Origin: Gemmatimonadota bacterium
GTDB taxonomy: Bacteria > Gemmatimonadota > Gemmatimonadetes > Gemmatimonadales > GWC2-71-9
Assembly (NCBI GenBank): GCA_029859185.1
Contig: JAOUDR010000001.1
Coordinates: forward strand, 1-31,747
Length of the DNA stretch: 31,747 bases
Direction of reading: 5' to 3'
Notes under the pieces: generated by a model
Told to the model about the DNA's origin: nothing
Database searches by the model: none
What the model saw: the letters and a program-made list of their open reading frames with translations, nothing else
Shown here: piece by piece, positions 18,199-26,457 of the stretch
Layout of the letters: every line of letters begins with the position of its first letter
How positions within the stretch are numbered: position 1 is the stretch's first letter
Program-made: the position numbers and the translations under genes

Positions 18199-18304
18199 CC
18201 GATGGCCGATTGCCGACAGCCGAGAGCCGACGGTTCGGCCATCGGCCATCGGCCGTCGGCTATCGGCTATCGGCCATCGGCTTTCGGCTCTCGGCCATCG
18301 GCTA
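18199..18304. repeat. Heptamer tandem array hairpin: five CCGANNG units facing ten TCGGCYN units
   Basis: Left arm 18199-18233, right array 18235-18304; the last unit contains the M23 gene stop. Confidence 0.95.
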
Positions 18305-19180
18305 TTGATCGAACAAACGTTCGAGCGGAGGCAGGGCAAGCAGCGACGCTCCGTCCGCGGATGACCGGCCGATGCGGACCATCCAGTGCAGGTGGGGGCC
18401 CGTTACCCGTCCCGAGGCGCCGACGCGGCCGAGGAGCTGGCCCGCCTGCACCGTGTCGCCTTCAGCCACGAGGACCTCACTCAGATGCAGGTACGCCGTG
18501 ACGAGGCCGGCACCGTGGTTCAGGTACACGATCCGTCCCGCATAGTAGAAATCCCCGATCAGCTCGACGATGCCGCGGTTGGTGGCCCGCACGGGATCGC
18601 CCGTCTCCCCTTGGTAGTCGGTGCCGAGGTGGCGGCTCTGCACCCGGCCGTTGAACACCCGGCCGATGCCGAACACGCTGGTCACGCGGGTCGGTCGCGG
18701 CCGCACGAACTCCCTGGACCAGAGGCGCGGCGTCGCGAGTGCCGCCTCCGTCACGCGCCGCGCGCGGGCGTTCTCGCGCGCAATCCTGGCCTGAAGCGCC
18801 GAGTCAGGCGGACGCGTGAACCGCGGATCCACCGACAAGCGCTCGGTCGGGAACCGTGCCCGCGCAACCGGGAGTCGCCGCACGATCTGTCGCGTGCGTC
18901 CTTTGGCGAAGTCGAGGACGAGTGCGACGGTCACCGAGTCCGTGGCGCCAAGCGGGACGACGGCGAGCGCGGCAAGCTGGCCACCCGGAGCGCGAACGAA
19001 CGCGAGTGGGAGGGAGTCGAGCGTCCCGCGCGCGACGACGGGTGTGGGATTCCCCGCCACGACCACGTAGGCGAAGGTACCCTGTCGCGGGGTGCCTGCG
19101 TGCCAGGAGACCTGGACGCTTTGGCCCGCGGCTATCGTCGGAGCCAGGGTCGCCAACAGCACTGCGATTCCGATGCGCAT
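18302..19180 (-). CDS. Exported M23 family metallopeptidase
   Basis: HLGTD (HxxxD), YLHLSE (HxH) and VTGPHLHW motifs; signal peptide from ATG 19180; TACCTT -10 box 7 nt upstream supports this start. Confidence 0.93.
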   Translation of the reverse strand: MRIGIAVLLATLAPTIAAGQSVQVSWHAGTPRQGTFAYVVVAGNPTPVVARGTLDSLPLAFVRAPGGQLAALAVVPLGATDSVTVALVLDFAKGRTRQIVRRLPVARARFPTERLSVDPRFTRPPDSALQARIARENARARRVTEAALATPRLWSREFVRPRPTRVTSVFGIGRVFNGRVQSRHLGTDYQGETGDPVRATNRGIVELIGDFYYAGRIVYLNHGAGLVTAYLHLSEVLVAEGDTVQAGQLLGRVGASGRVTGPHLHWMVRIGRSSADGASLLALPPLERLFDQ

Positions 19181-19358
19181 AGGTCGCAAGGTAACCACCG
19201 CAACCGCGGCACCTCTGAACTGCAGCCCTCAGCCGCCTGCTACCACCGAGGTGCACACCCTCGAGCGCCACCAAGACGCCGCCTCCGGCAATTGCGCGTC
19301 CACCGACCTGCATACGGGTTCACGCACCAACCCCACCGCAGGCCCACTACACCTTCTT

Positions 19359-19386
19359 ACGGCCATCGGCCATCGGCCAACGGCCA
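19359..19386. repeat. Four heptamers (WCGGCCA) just after the S9 peptidase stop
   Basis: ACGGCCA TCGGCCA TCGGCCA ACGGCCA, then GCGC and the stop. Confidence 0.8.
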
Positions 19387-19390
19387 GCGC

Positions 19391-22216
19391 CTACCGGTCC
19401 CACTCCGTCTCGAGCCCCAGCGTCGTCCCCTTCTCCGTCGCCGGCACACCCTCCGCCAGCCACCGCGGTGCCGGTGCGCCCTTCAGGTAGTGATCGAAGA
19501 ACTGCTGCATCCGGATGTTCCAGTCGCGTCGCTTGGGATAGGGCAACGGCCAGTGCGGTTCGCCGTTGTAGTTGACGAGCCACGCGGGCTTGCCCAGGCG
19601 GCGCATCGCGGTGAACAGCTCGATACCCTGATACCACGGCACCGCGCCGTCGTTGTCGTTGTGCAGGATCAACAGCGGCGTCTCGACCCGGTCGATCCAG
19701 AACAGCGGTGAGTTCTCGAGGTAGCGGAGCGGCACCTCCCAGAGACTCGCCCCCAGGCGACTCTGGGTCCGCTCGTACTGGAACATCCGGCTCATGCCGG
19801 ACTCCCATCGGATGCCGCCGTAGGCGCTGGTCATGTTGGCCACGGGAGCACCGGGTGCGCCGGCCGCGAAGAGATTGGTCTTCGTGACCATGTAGGCGAT
19901 CTGGTAGCCGCCCCAGCTATGGCCCTGGAGGCCGATGTGCTTCGGGTCCACGAATCCACGCTCGATCAGCTCCAGCACGCCCGGCACGACGCAATCCACG
20001 GCGCTCTGACCGGGGTACCCGATCTTGTACACGACATCCGGGATGAACACCAGGTAGCCACGGCTCGCGTAGAACGACGGGCGAATCGTGGAGCGGTGCG
20101 GAATCGCCGGACTGTGGGCGTGCAGGTTGTCCGAGTTCCGCTCGTAGAAGTTGACGATCATCGGATACTGCTTCGTGGAATCGAAGTCCACCGGCTTGTA
20201 GAGCAGGCCGGCCAGCGGCGCCCCGTCCGCTGCCCGCCAGTGTACCAGCTCGACCGTCGCCCAGCGATACTCCGCCTGCTGCGGATTGGCGTCGCTTATC
20301 TGCGCGGCTCGCCCGAGATCCGCCTCCGCCACCCACAGGTTCGGAAACTCCGCGAGCGACTCGCGCGTGAACAGCAGCATGTCAGCCGCCTCTGCTTTTC
20401 GCGGCGTCGAGAAGCGCCGGTCCATCCACAGCAACCGCTCCGGAGCCCGGTCGCCGGTAACCCGATCCCGGTAGAACCCCGCGGCCTTCGTGCGGTAGTC
20501 GAACGCGGAGAGCAGGAGCGGCTCTCCCGCTGCCATGGCCTCCCGCTCGCGGTCGAGGTCCACCACGCGGAACCGCACGCTGTCCCGCCGTCCCACACCA
20601 TCGGTCAGGTTACGCGGCGCGCGCCCGCCCGCGGGATCCAACGCCCAGACGTCGTAGCGGTCGTAGATCAGCACCTCACCGTCGCCGTCCGTCCAACCCG
20701 CGATCCCGTAGGTACGGGCGGGCGTCGGACTGTCATTCTCCTCGTCCTCGAGCGGGTAGGGGATGCCGGTTGTGACGGTCGCCGTCCTGCCCGTGGCGAG
20801 ATGGTAGGTCACACCGGTGCGCGTGGCGACATCATACCAGGCGGCGTAGGTCCCGCCGGCAGAAAGCTCTGCCCTCGCCTGCGTCTCCCGCAGGAGCAGG
20901 GTGCGGCCACCCGTCGCGAGGTCAACGGCGTACACGTCTTGCCAGCCGGGAGTGTCCCAGGAGATCCGGATCCGGTATGCGCGATCATCCGTCCCGAGGC
21001 CGAACGCGCCGTCACCGCCATCTGGCAGGTCGATGGACGGCAGCGCGGTGTCGGCGAGCTGGACGATCCGGCTGCCCACGAGATCGGCGACCGCGAGGTA
21101 GTTGCGGCGCCGCTCCTGGTTCGCGCGCCGGAGTTGCATCGGCTGCAACTCGGCATCCTGCCAGTGCCAGATGTCCACCGGCACGCGCTCGTCGTCGGGC
21201 GTACTATCCTCCGGCGGCGGGGCCTCCCACGGTGCCGTCCCGAAGTAGAGCCGCCCGCCGTTGCGGGAGAATGACGGGGCGCGATGCTCGCTGACGCTCC
21301 AGCCCTCGGGCACCCCGGTGCTTCCCGCCTGCGCCGCCAGCCGCGCGCCGGTCTCCCCCAACTGCCAGGCGTAGAGCGCGAACCGCGGGTGCGCCGCCTG
21401 CGCGTCGTCCCGGGTCGTGAGGAACGCCAGGCGGTCACCCGCCTCGGCAAAGGCAAGACTCCGATAGACTCCCCGCCCACCAGCGATCTGGTGATCAGCC
21501 GGCTCTTCCGCGAGCTCGAGTACCAGGACGCCGTCCGCGGCGCCGTCCCGACTGGAGACCGCCGTGGCCAGCCGCGCACCGTCGCGCGAGAACTCGTACT
21601 CCATGACGTCGTCATACCGACGCTCCACACCACTCGCGAGGTGGCGCACCACCAGCGGACTGCCAACCTCACTGTCCTTTTTGGCCTTTGGGGCCGTGCT
21701 GTCCGGCTGGGCAGCGGTCGTGTCTCTGCCGTTCCCCTTTTTTTCCTCTTTCGGGCGGTCCACGAGGTAGGCCACGGACTCCCCGTCCCGCTCCGGCACC
21801 TTGAACGACTTCACCTGCTCCACACGCACGACCTCGCCCGTGGTGAGGTCGAGGATGCCGAGGGAATCCTTGGGAAGGTCGTCGCCACGCTTCTTGGCCA
21901 CCTTGGCCGCGCGGACGGCCGCGTACTCGGGTTTGATCGTGAACACGACGTGCCCGCCGCGTGGGGCAAACCGAGGGTCGCGGCCGCGGGCCACCCGATA
22001 CTCCGTCGTAGCGCGCGTGGCGCGGACCACCAGTTCCGCGTCACCTTGCTGTGGTTCGAGGACGTAGACCACCCACTGACCGTCGCGCGAGAGCGCTTCC
22101 TGCTCGATCGTGCGCCAGCGATCGTACGCATCGTGGTCGAGCGGTCGTTGCGCTTCCAGCAGAGCGGGCAGAATCCCGAGCAGAACGATCGGAGTAAGTC
22201 TGGTGTACGCGGACAT
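19391..22216 (-). CDS. Exported S9 (prolyl oligopeptidase / dipeptidyl aminopeptidase-like) serine peptidase
   Basis: Signal peptide; beta-propeller repeats; catalytic GHSWGGY, NDNDGAV, GEPHW. Confidence 0.95.
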   Translation of the reverse strand: MSAYTRLTPIVLLGILPALLEAQRPLDHDAYDRWRTIEQEALSRDGQWVVYVLEPQQGDAELVVRATRATTEYRVARGRDPRFAPRGGHVVFTIKPEYAAVRAAKVAKKRGDDLPKDSLGILDLTTGEVVRVEQVKSFKVPERDGESVAYLVDRPKEEKKGNGRDTTAAQPDSTAPKAKKDSEVGSPLVVRHLASGVERRYDDVMEYEFSRDGARLATAVSSRDGAADGVLVLELAEEPADHQIAGGRGVYRSLAFAEAGDRLAFLTTRDDAQAAHPRFALYAWQLGETGARLAAQAGSTGVPEGWSVSEHRAPSFSRNGGRLYFGTAPWEAPPPEDSTPDDERVPVDIWHWQDAELQPMQLRRANQERRRNYLAVADLVGSRIVQLADTALPSIDLPDGGDGAFGLGTDDRAYRIRISWDTPGWQDVYAVDLATGGRTLLLRETQARAELSAGGTYAAWYDVATRTGVTYHLATGRTATVTTGIPYPLEDEENDSPTPARTYGIAGWTDGDGEVLIYDRYDVWALDPAGGRAPRNLTDGVGRRDSVRFRVVDLDREREAMAAGEPLLLSAFDYRTKAAGFYRDRVTGDRAPERLLWMDRRFSTPRKAEAADMLLFTRESLAEFPNLWVAEADLGRAAQISDANPQQAEYRWATVELVHWRAADGAPLAGLLYKPVDFDSTKQYPMIVNFYERNSDNLHAHSPAIPHRSTIRPSFYASRGYLVFIPDVVYKIGYPGQSAVDCVVPGVLELIERGFVDPKHIGLQGHSWGGYQIAYMVTKTNLFAAGAPGAPVANMTSAYGGIRWESGMSRMFQYERTQSRLGASLWEVPLRYLENSPLFWIDRVETPLLILHNDNDGAVPWYQGIELFTAMRRLGKPAWLVNYNGEPHWPLPYPKRRDWNIRMQQFFDHYLKGAPAPRWLAEGVPATEKGTTLGLETEWDR

Positions 22217-22335
22217 ATCTTGCAGCCTCGGTCACGAGCCGTGGGAATGCGGACGGGCTCAACCTATCCGCCGGGCGCGGCGTAGGGGAGGTGACCGTCA
22301 CCATGCATCACCTTGGAATGAGGAGAAGACCTGCC

Positions 22336-23955
22336 ATGTCGTTAGCCGTTCGCCGTTGGCCGTTGGCCGTTGGGGTTGCCCTGCTGGGAGCGCCGGCACT
22401 CTCCGGCCAGTCACTTCCGACCGCCGACCCGATCCTGAAGCGGATTTGGGAACAGGGCATGGAACGCTCCCAAGCCGATGCCCTGGCTCAGACGCTGATG
22501 GACTCGATCGGACCCCGGCTCGTCGGCGCGCCCGGTATGAAGGCAGCGAGCGACTGGGCAATCGCGATGTACGGGTCGTGGGGGATCGGCGCGCGGGCGG
22601 AATCGTACGGCACGTGGAAGGGTTGGAAGCGCGGCCTCACCCACCTCGACCTGATCGCACCACGCGAACGGTCGCTCGAGGGTGGGGCGCTGGCCTGGAG
22701 CGTCGGGACCGGCGGTCGCCCGGTCGAAGGCCCCGTCGTCACCCTCCCGGCATTGGCCGACAGCGCGGCATTCGCGAACTGGCTGCGCACGGTGCCTGGT
22801 AAGTACGTCGCGATCTCGTTCCCGCAGCCCACGTGTCGCCCGGACGCGGATTGGGAGGAGTTCGCGGGTGGTGACCCGCGCATGGCCGCGATCGGCCGCA
22901 TGTTCGGGGGTGGCCCCGCGCGGACGGCGTTCCACCGCATGCGGGCGGAGCGTGCCGCGGCGGACAGTGGGTGGCGGGCACGGCTCGCCGCCACCGGGAT
23001 GCGCGAGAACGATCTGCGCGCGGCACTCGGCGCGGCCGGCGCGGCCGGCGTGCTCACGAACAGCTGGCCCCAGGGCTATGGGGTCACCCGCGTGTTCGAT
23101 GCCCGCACGGACAAAACGCCGGTCTACTGGTTGGGCTGTGAGGACTACGGACTCGTGGCCCGACTCGCCGAGCGGAATCAAGGACCACGGCTCCGCGCCA
23201 CGTCGACCGCCGCGTTCACCGGCGAGGCGCCGGCCATCAACACGATCGCGGAGATCAAAGGCACCGAGAAGCCCAACGAGTACGTCGTGCTCTCGGCCCA
23301 CTTCGACTCGTGGGACGGGGGCTCCGGGGCCACGGACAACGGCACCGGCACCGTCATCATGATGGAAGCCGCGCGGATCCTGAAGGCCGTCTACCCCAAT
23401 CCCAAGCGCACGATCATCGTGGGTCACTGGAACAGTGAGGAGCAGGGCCTGAACGGCTCGGCAGCCTTTGCGGCGGATCACGCCGAAGTCGTGAGCGGCA
23501 TGCAGGCCCTGTTCAACCAGGACAACGGCACCGGCCGGATCGCTTCGGTGTCGGCGCTCGGGCTGCTGGGCACGAGTGAGGCCCTCGGCCGGTGGTTCAC
23601 GAAGCTGCCCGACGAAATGATGCGCGACACGCGGCTCGATCTTCCAGGCGCCCCATCCGGCGGTGGCACCGACCATGCCTCCTTCATCTGTGCCGGCGCC
23701 CCCGCGGTGGGTCTCAACTCCGAGCCGTGGGACTATTTCAGCTACACCTGGCACACCAACCGCGACACCTACGACAAGGTGGCGATGGAGAACGTGCGTC
23801 ACAACGCGACGCTGGTCGCGATGCTCGCCTACCTGGCCTCCGAAGATCCGGTCACAACCGGTCGCGACCGTCGCGTGATGGGAATCAGCCAGCGGACCGG
23901 CCAGCAGGCTCAGTGGCCGACGTGTTCGCCGCCGGATCGCGCCTTCTCCAGGTAG
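22336..23955 (+). CDS. Exported M28 family peptidase (carboxypeptidase Q-like)
   Basis: SAHFDSWD, GATDNGTG, NSEEQGL, NQDNG, GTDH, WHTNRDT. ATG 22336 follows AGGAG. Confidence 0.93.
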   Translation: MSLAVRRWPLAVGVALLGAPALSGQSLPTADPILKRIWEQGMERSQADALAQTLMDSIGPRLVGAPGMKAASDWAIAMYGSWGIGARAESYGTWKGWKRGLTHLDLIAPRERSLEGGALAWSVGTGGRPVEGPVVTLPALADSAAFANWLRTVPGKYVAISFPQPTCRPDADWEEFAGGDPRMAAIGRMFGGGPARTAFHRMRAERAAADSGWRARLAATGMRENDLRAALGAAGAAGVLTNSWPQGYGVTRVFDARTDKTPVYWLGCEDYGLVARLAERNQGPRLRATSTAAFTGEAPAINTIAEIKGTEKPNEYVVLSAHFDSWDGGSGATDNGTGTVIMMEAARILKAVYPNPKRTIIVGHWNSEEQGLNGSAAFAADHAEVVSGMQALFNQDNGTGRIASVSALGLLGTSEALGRWFTKLPDEMMRDTRLDLPGAPSGGGTDHASFICAGAPAVGLNSEPWDYFSYTWHTNRDTYDKVAMENVRHNATLVAMLAYLASEDPVTTGRDRRVMGISQRTGQQAQWPTCSPPDRAFSR

Positions 23956-23979
23956 CGGGACGAAAGAGGGCAGGCAATC

Positions 23980-24128
23980 GGCGGTAGGGCAGACGGCCAG
24001 ACGGCGAGACGGCCAGCGGTTTGCAGTGGTGAGGTGGTAGGGGTGCACGGGCGTAACTCGTCCACCCCTGCCACCTTTCGCCACCCAACCGCTGGCCGTC
24101 TTGCCGTCTCGCCGTCTATCCTGCCACC
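23980..24128. repeat. About 150-nt imperfect hairpin element with AGACGGCN octamer arms
   Basis: Arms 23980-24021 and 24087-24128 match at 36 of 42 positions; inner stem 24033-24049 / 24059-24075 matches 15 of 17. Confidence 0.92.
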
Positions 24129-24190
24129 GGTCCCCTCCACTCCGGGAACCCCCAACCAGCGCAAGTGTTACCAGTTGAACGGGAGGACCC

Positions 24191-24694
24191 ATGCAACGAT
24201 CTCTGTACCTAGTCTCCTTGCTCCTGACGGTTTCGCCACCTCTTGCCGCTCAGCAGCAATCGCCGCCCTGCTCGGCTCCGGAGTATCGCCAATTCGATTT
24301 CTGGGTGGGCTCATGGAACGTGTTCAACCCTCAGGGTCGCCAGGTGGGAAGCAATACCATCAGCCGCGTGCTGGGGGACTGCGCGTTGCACGAACAATGG
24401 GAGGGCGCGGGACCGAGCCGCGGCTTCAGTTACAACCTCCATGACCGCACCACCGGTCGGTGGCACCAGACGTGGGTGGACAACAGCGGGATGCTGCTGC
24501 TGATCGAGGGCGGACTCGTCGAGGGCAGTATGGTCCTCAGCGGGGTGACCCAAAATGCCCAGGGCGCCGCGGTGACGAACCGCATCACCTGGACCCCAGT
24601 GTCGGCGGATAGCGTGCGTCAGATCTGGGAGACGTCGACTGATCAGGGGAAGAACTGGTCGGTGGTGTTCGATGGCATGTACGTGCGCAGGTGA
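24191..24694 (+). CDS. Small secreted hypothetical beta-barrel protein (DUF1579-like)
   Basis: GGAGG RBS; signal peptide PLAA/Q; C...YRQFDFWVGSWNV, LGDCALHEQW, WHQTWVDNSG, VRQIWETSTDQGKNW..FDG.Y.R. Confidence 0.85.
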   Translation: MQRSLYLVSLLLTVSPPLAAQQQSPPCSAPEYRQFDFWVGSWNVFNPQGRQVGSNTISRVLGDCALHEQWEGAGPSRGFSYNLHDRTTGRWHQTWVDNSGMLLLIEGGLVEGSMVLSGVTQNAQGAAVTNRITWTPVSADSVRQIWETSTDQGKNWSVVFDGMYVRR

Positions 24695-24717
24695 AAGGCG
24701 GGAGCCCAGGGAGCAGG

Positions 24718-24864
24718 GTGGCAGGGTAGACGGCGAGACGGCAAGACGGTTAGCGGGTGATAGGGACGAGGTGACGGTGGTGAGCGGATCTCGAAGCCGC
24801 GCCACTGTCACCTTTCGCCTGCATACCCCTCACCGTCTTGCCGTCTTGCCGTCTGTCCTGGCAC
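24718..24864. repeat. Second copy of the octamer-arm hairpin element, between convergent genes
   Basis: Arms 24718-24750 and 24832-24864 match at 29 of 33 positions; inner GGTGACGGTGG / CCACTGTCACC stem. Confidence 0.92.
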
Positions 24865-25332
24865 CTACCTCCCGGCCTCCACCCCCTGCCGACCTCGAGC
24901 GGCAAGCAGTCGATCGACGGAGAGGGCTCCGCCGCCGCCAATGAACAGAGCGAGCGCCATGGCGATGGCGAGGATGTGGAACTCGAACCCCTCGCCGGAC
25001 AACTGGCCGCCCCAGTTCATGAAGAACCCAACCCGCCAGTGAACCAGCGTTACGGCTCCCAGCATGACCATCGCGATGCCCGCGGCCGCGACCCGGCTCA
25101 TGAACCCGGCGATCAGCGCGAGGGCCCCAAGGGACTCCGCCCCGATGACGAGCACCGTCACGATGGCCGGAATGCCCCAGGTCTGCTGGAAGAAGCCGAT
25201 GGTGCCACCGGGTCCGGAGCCCCCAAACCAGCCCAGGAGCTTCTGGGCGCCGTGCGGGAAGATCACGACGCCGAGCCCGATTCGCAGGATCGCCAGCGTG
25301 AGGTCGTTCGTCGTCTGCATGAGCCGTTTCAT
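24865..25332 (-). CDS. DoxX family membrane protein
   Basis: LAILRIGLG..IFPHGAQKLLGWFGGSG, HWRVGFFMNW, GEGFEFHILA, GGGALSVD; GGGAG RBS. Confidence 0.93.
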   Translation of the reverse strand: MKRLMQTTNDLTLAILRIGLGVVIFPHGAQKLLGWFGGSGPGGTIGFFQQTWGIPAIVTVLVIGAESLGALALIAGFMSRVAAAGIAMVMLGAVTLVHWRVGFFMNWGGQLSGEGFEFHILAIAMALALFIGGGGALSVDRLLAARGRQGVEAGR

Positions 25333-25359
25333 GATGTCGTGTGCTCCCTGCGCAGGGTT

Positions 25360-25851
25360 TTACGAATCGCGGTCGGCGTGTGCCGCTCGCACCGCGTCGA
25401 GCAGCCCGATGAGCCGCTGCTGATCACGCTTGGCCAGACCACGCACCGCGGTGTGATCGGCGGCATCCACCGGTTCGTCGAGTCGCTTCATGAGCGCGAG
25501 CCCCTCGGCAGTGATGACGCAGTGGATCTGCCGCCGGTCCGCAGAGGTGCGGCGGCGATGGACCCAACCCCGCACCTCGAGGCGGTCAATCATCCGTGTG
25601 ATCCCCGGGGCGCGCTGCACCATGCGTTCGGCCACCTCGAGCGTGGGCAGCCCACTCGGCCCGGCCCCACGGAGGATGCGCAGCACGTTGTACTGCTGAA
25701 GGGTCACCCCCTCCCGCTCCACGACTTCACCGTAATACCGCCGGACCAGGTCCGCGGTCCGGAATAGGGCAACCACCGCCTCCTGCCCGATGGACTGGAA
25801 CGGGCGGGTCTGGCGGATCTCCTGCTGGATCGCACTGGCGCGTCGTGTCAT
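25360..25851 (-). CDS. MarR family transcriptional regulator
   Basis: GVTLQQYNVLRILRGA, PGITRMIDRLEVRGWV.R...DRR...ITAEG. Confidence 0.93.
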   Translation of the reverse strand: MTRRASAIQQEIRQTRPFQSIGQEAVVALFRTADLVRRYYGEVVEREGVTLQQYNVLRILRGAGPSGLPTLEVAERMVQRAPGITRMIDRLEVRGWVHRRRTSADRRQIHCVITAEGLALMKRLDEPVDAADHTAVRGLAKRDQQRLIGLLDAVRAAHADRDS

Positions 25852-25873
25852 GGCGTGATAGGATTAATGGACA

Positions 25874-25893
25874 ATAGTTGACATGTCAAGCAT
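25874..25893. promoter_or_regulatory. Palindromic operator ATAGTTGACATGTCAAGCAT with TTGACA on both strands
   Basis: Perfect 12-bp core TTGACATGTCAA at 25878-25889 in an AT-rich patch upstream of marR and of the divergent cytochrome gene. Confidence 0.75.
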
Positions 25894-25996
25894 TTGTCGG
25901 GAACCTCCGGCAACACCGGACGCGCTGATTCGGTCCGGTACAGCCCGCTGGAAGATCCCGTGCCGCCATCCTGCACCTCAGCCCCAGGAGAACGAC

Positions 25997-26446
25997 ATGC
26001 AACCACGCCTCGTGCTCACACTCGCCCTGAGCTGCTTGCTCACGGCCTGTCCCGGAGACGGAACGGGCCTGGACGAGAACGGCAACCCCCTGGGCCCACC
26101 TGGACCCGACGAGGGTGTGACCCTCTCCAGTGACGTGCAGCCGATCTTCACGGCGAGCTGCGCGTTTACCGATTGCCATGCCGGCAACAACCCGGTGCTG
26201 GGTCAGAACCTCTCCGCCGGCCAGGCGTACGGGAGCATCGTGAACGTCAACTCTCAGGAAGTCCCCGCCCTCAAGCGCGTGCTGCCGCTCTTCCCAGACT
26301 CCAGCTACCTCGTGCACAAGATCCAAGGAACCCAGGGTTCCGTGGGAGGACTGGGGGGGCGCATGCCGCTCGGTGGCGCCGCGCTCACTGACGAAGAGAT
26401 CGCCACTATCCGGGCATGGATCACGGCCGGTGCTCCAAACAACTGA
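25997..26446 (+). CDS. Putative monoheme c-type cytochrome lipoprotein with CX4CH motif (planctomycete cytochrome C-like domain)
   Basis: AGGAG RBS; lipobox LTA/C18; DVQPIF..SCAFTDCH; PDSSYLVHKI; candidate distal ligand RMP; LTDEEIATIRAWITAGA. Confidence 0.8.
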   Translation: MQPRLVLTLALSCLLTACPGDGTGLDENGNPLGPPGPDEGVTLSSDVQPIFTASCAFTDCHAGNNPVLGQNLSAGQAYGSIVNVNSQEVPALKRVLPLFPDSSYLVHKIQGTQGSVGGLGGRMPLGGAALTDEEIATIRAWITAGAPNN

Positions 26447-26457
26447 CGGAGGTCACG

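Noticed and set aside
1282-24192. Long antisense or alternate-frame ORFs such as 1282..2613, 15930..17597, 18386..19711, 19919..21274 and 22411..24192
   Set aside because: Typical shadow ORFs of GC-rich coding DNA, with no recognisable motifs and full overlap with confident genes.
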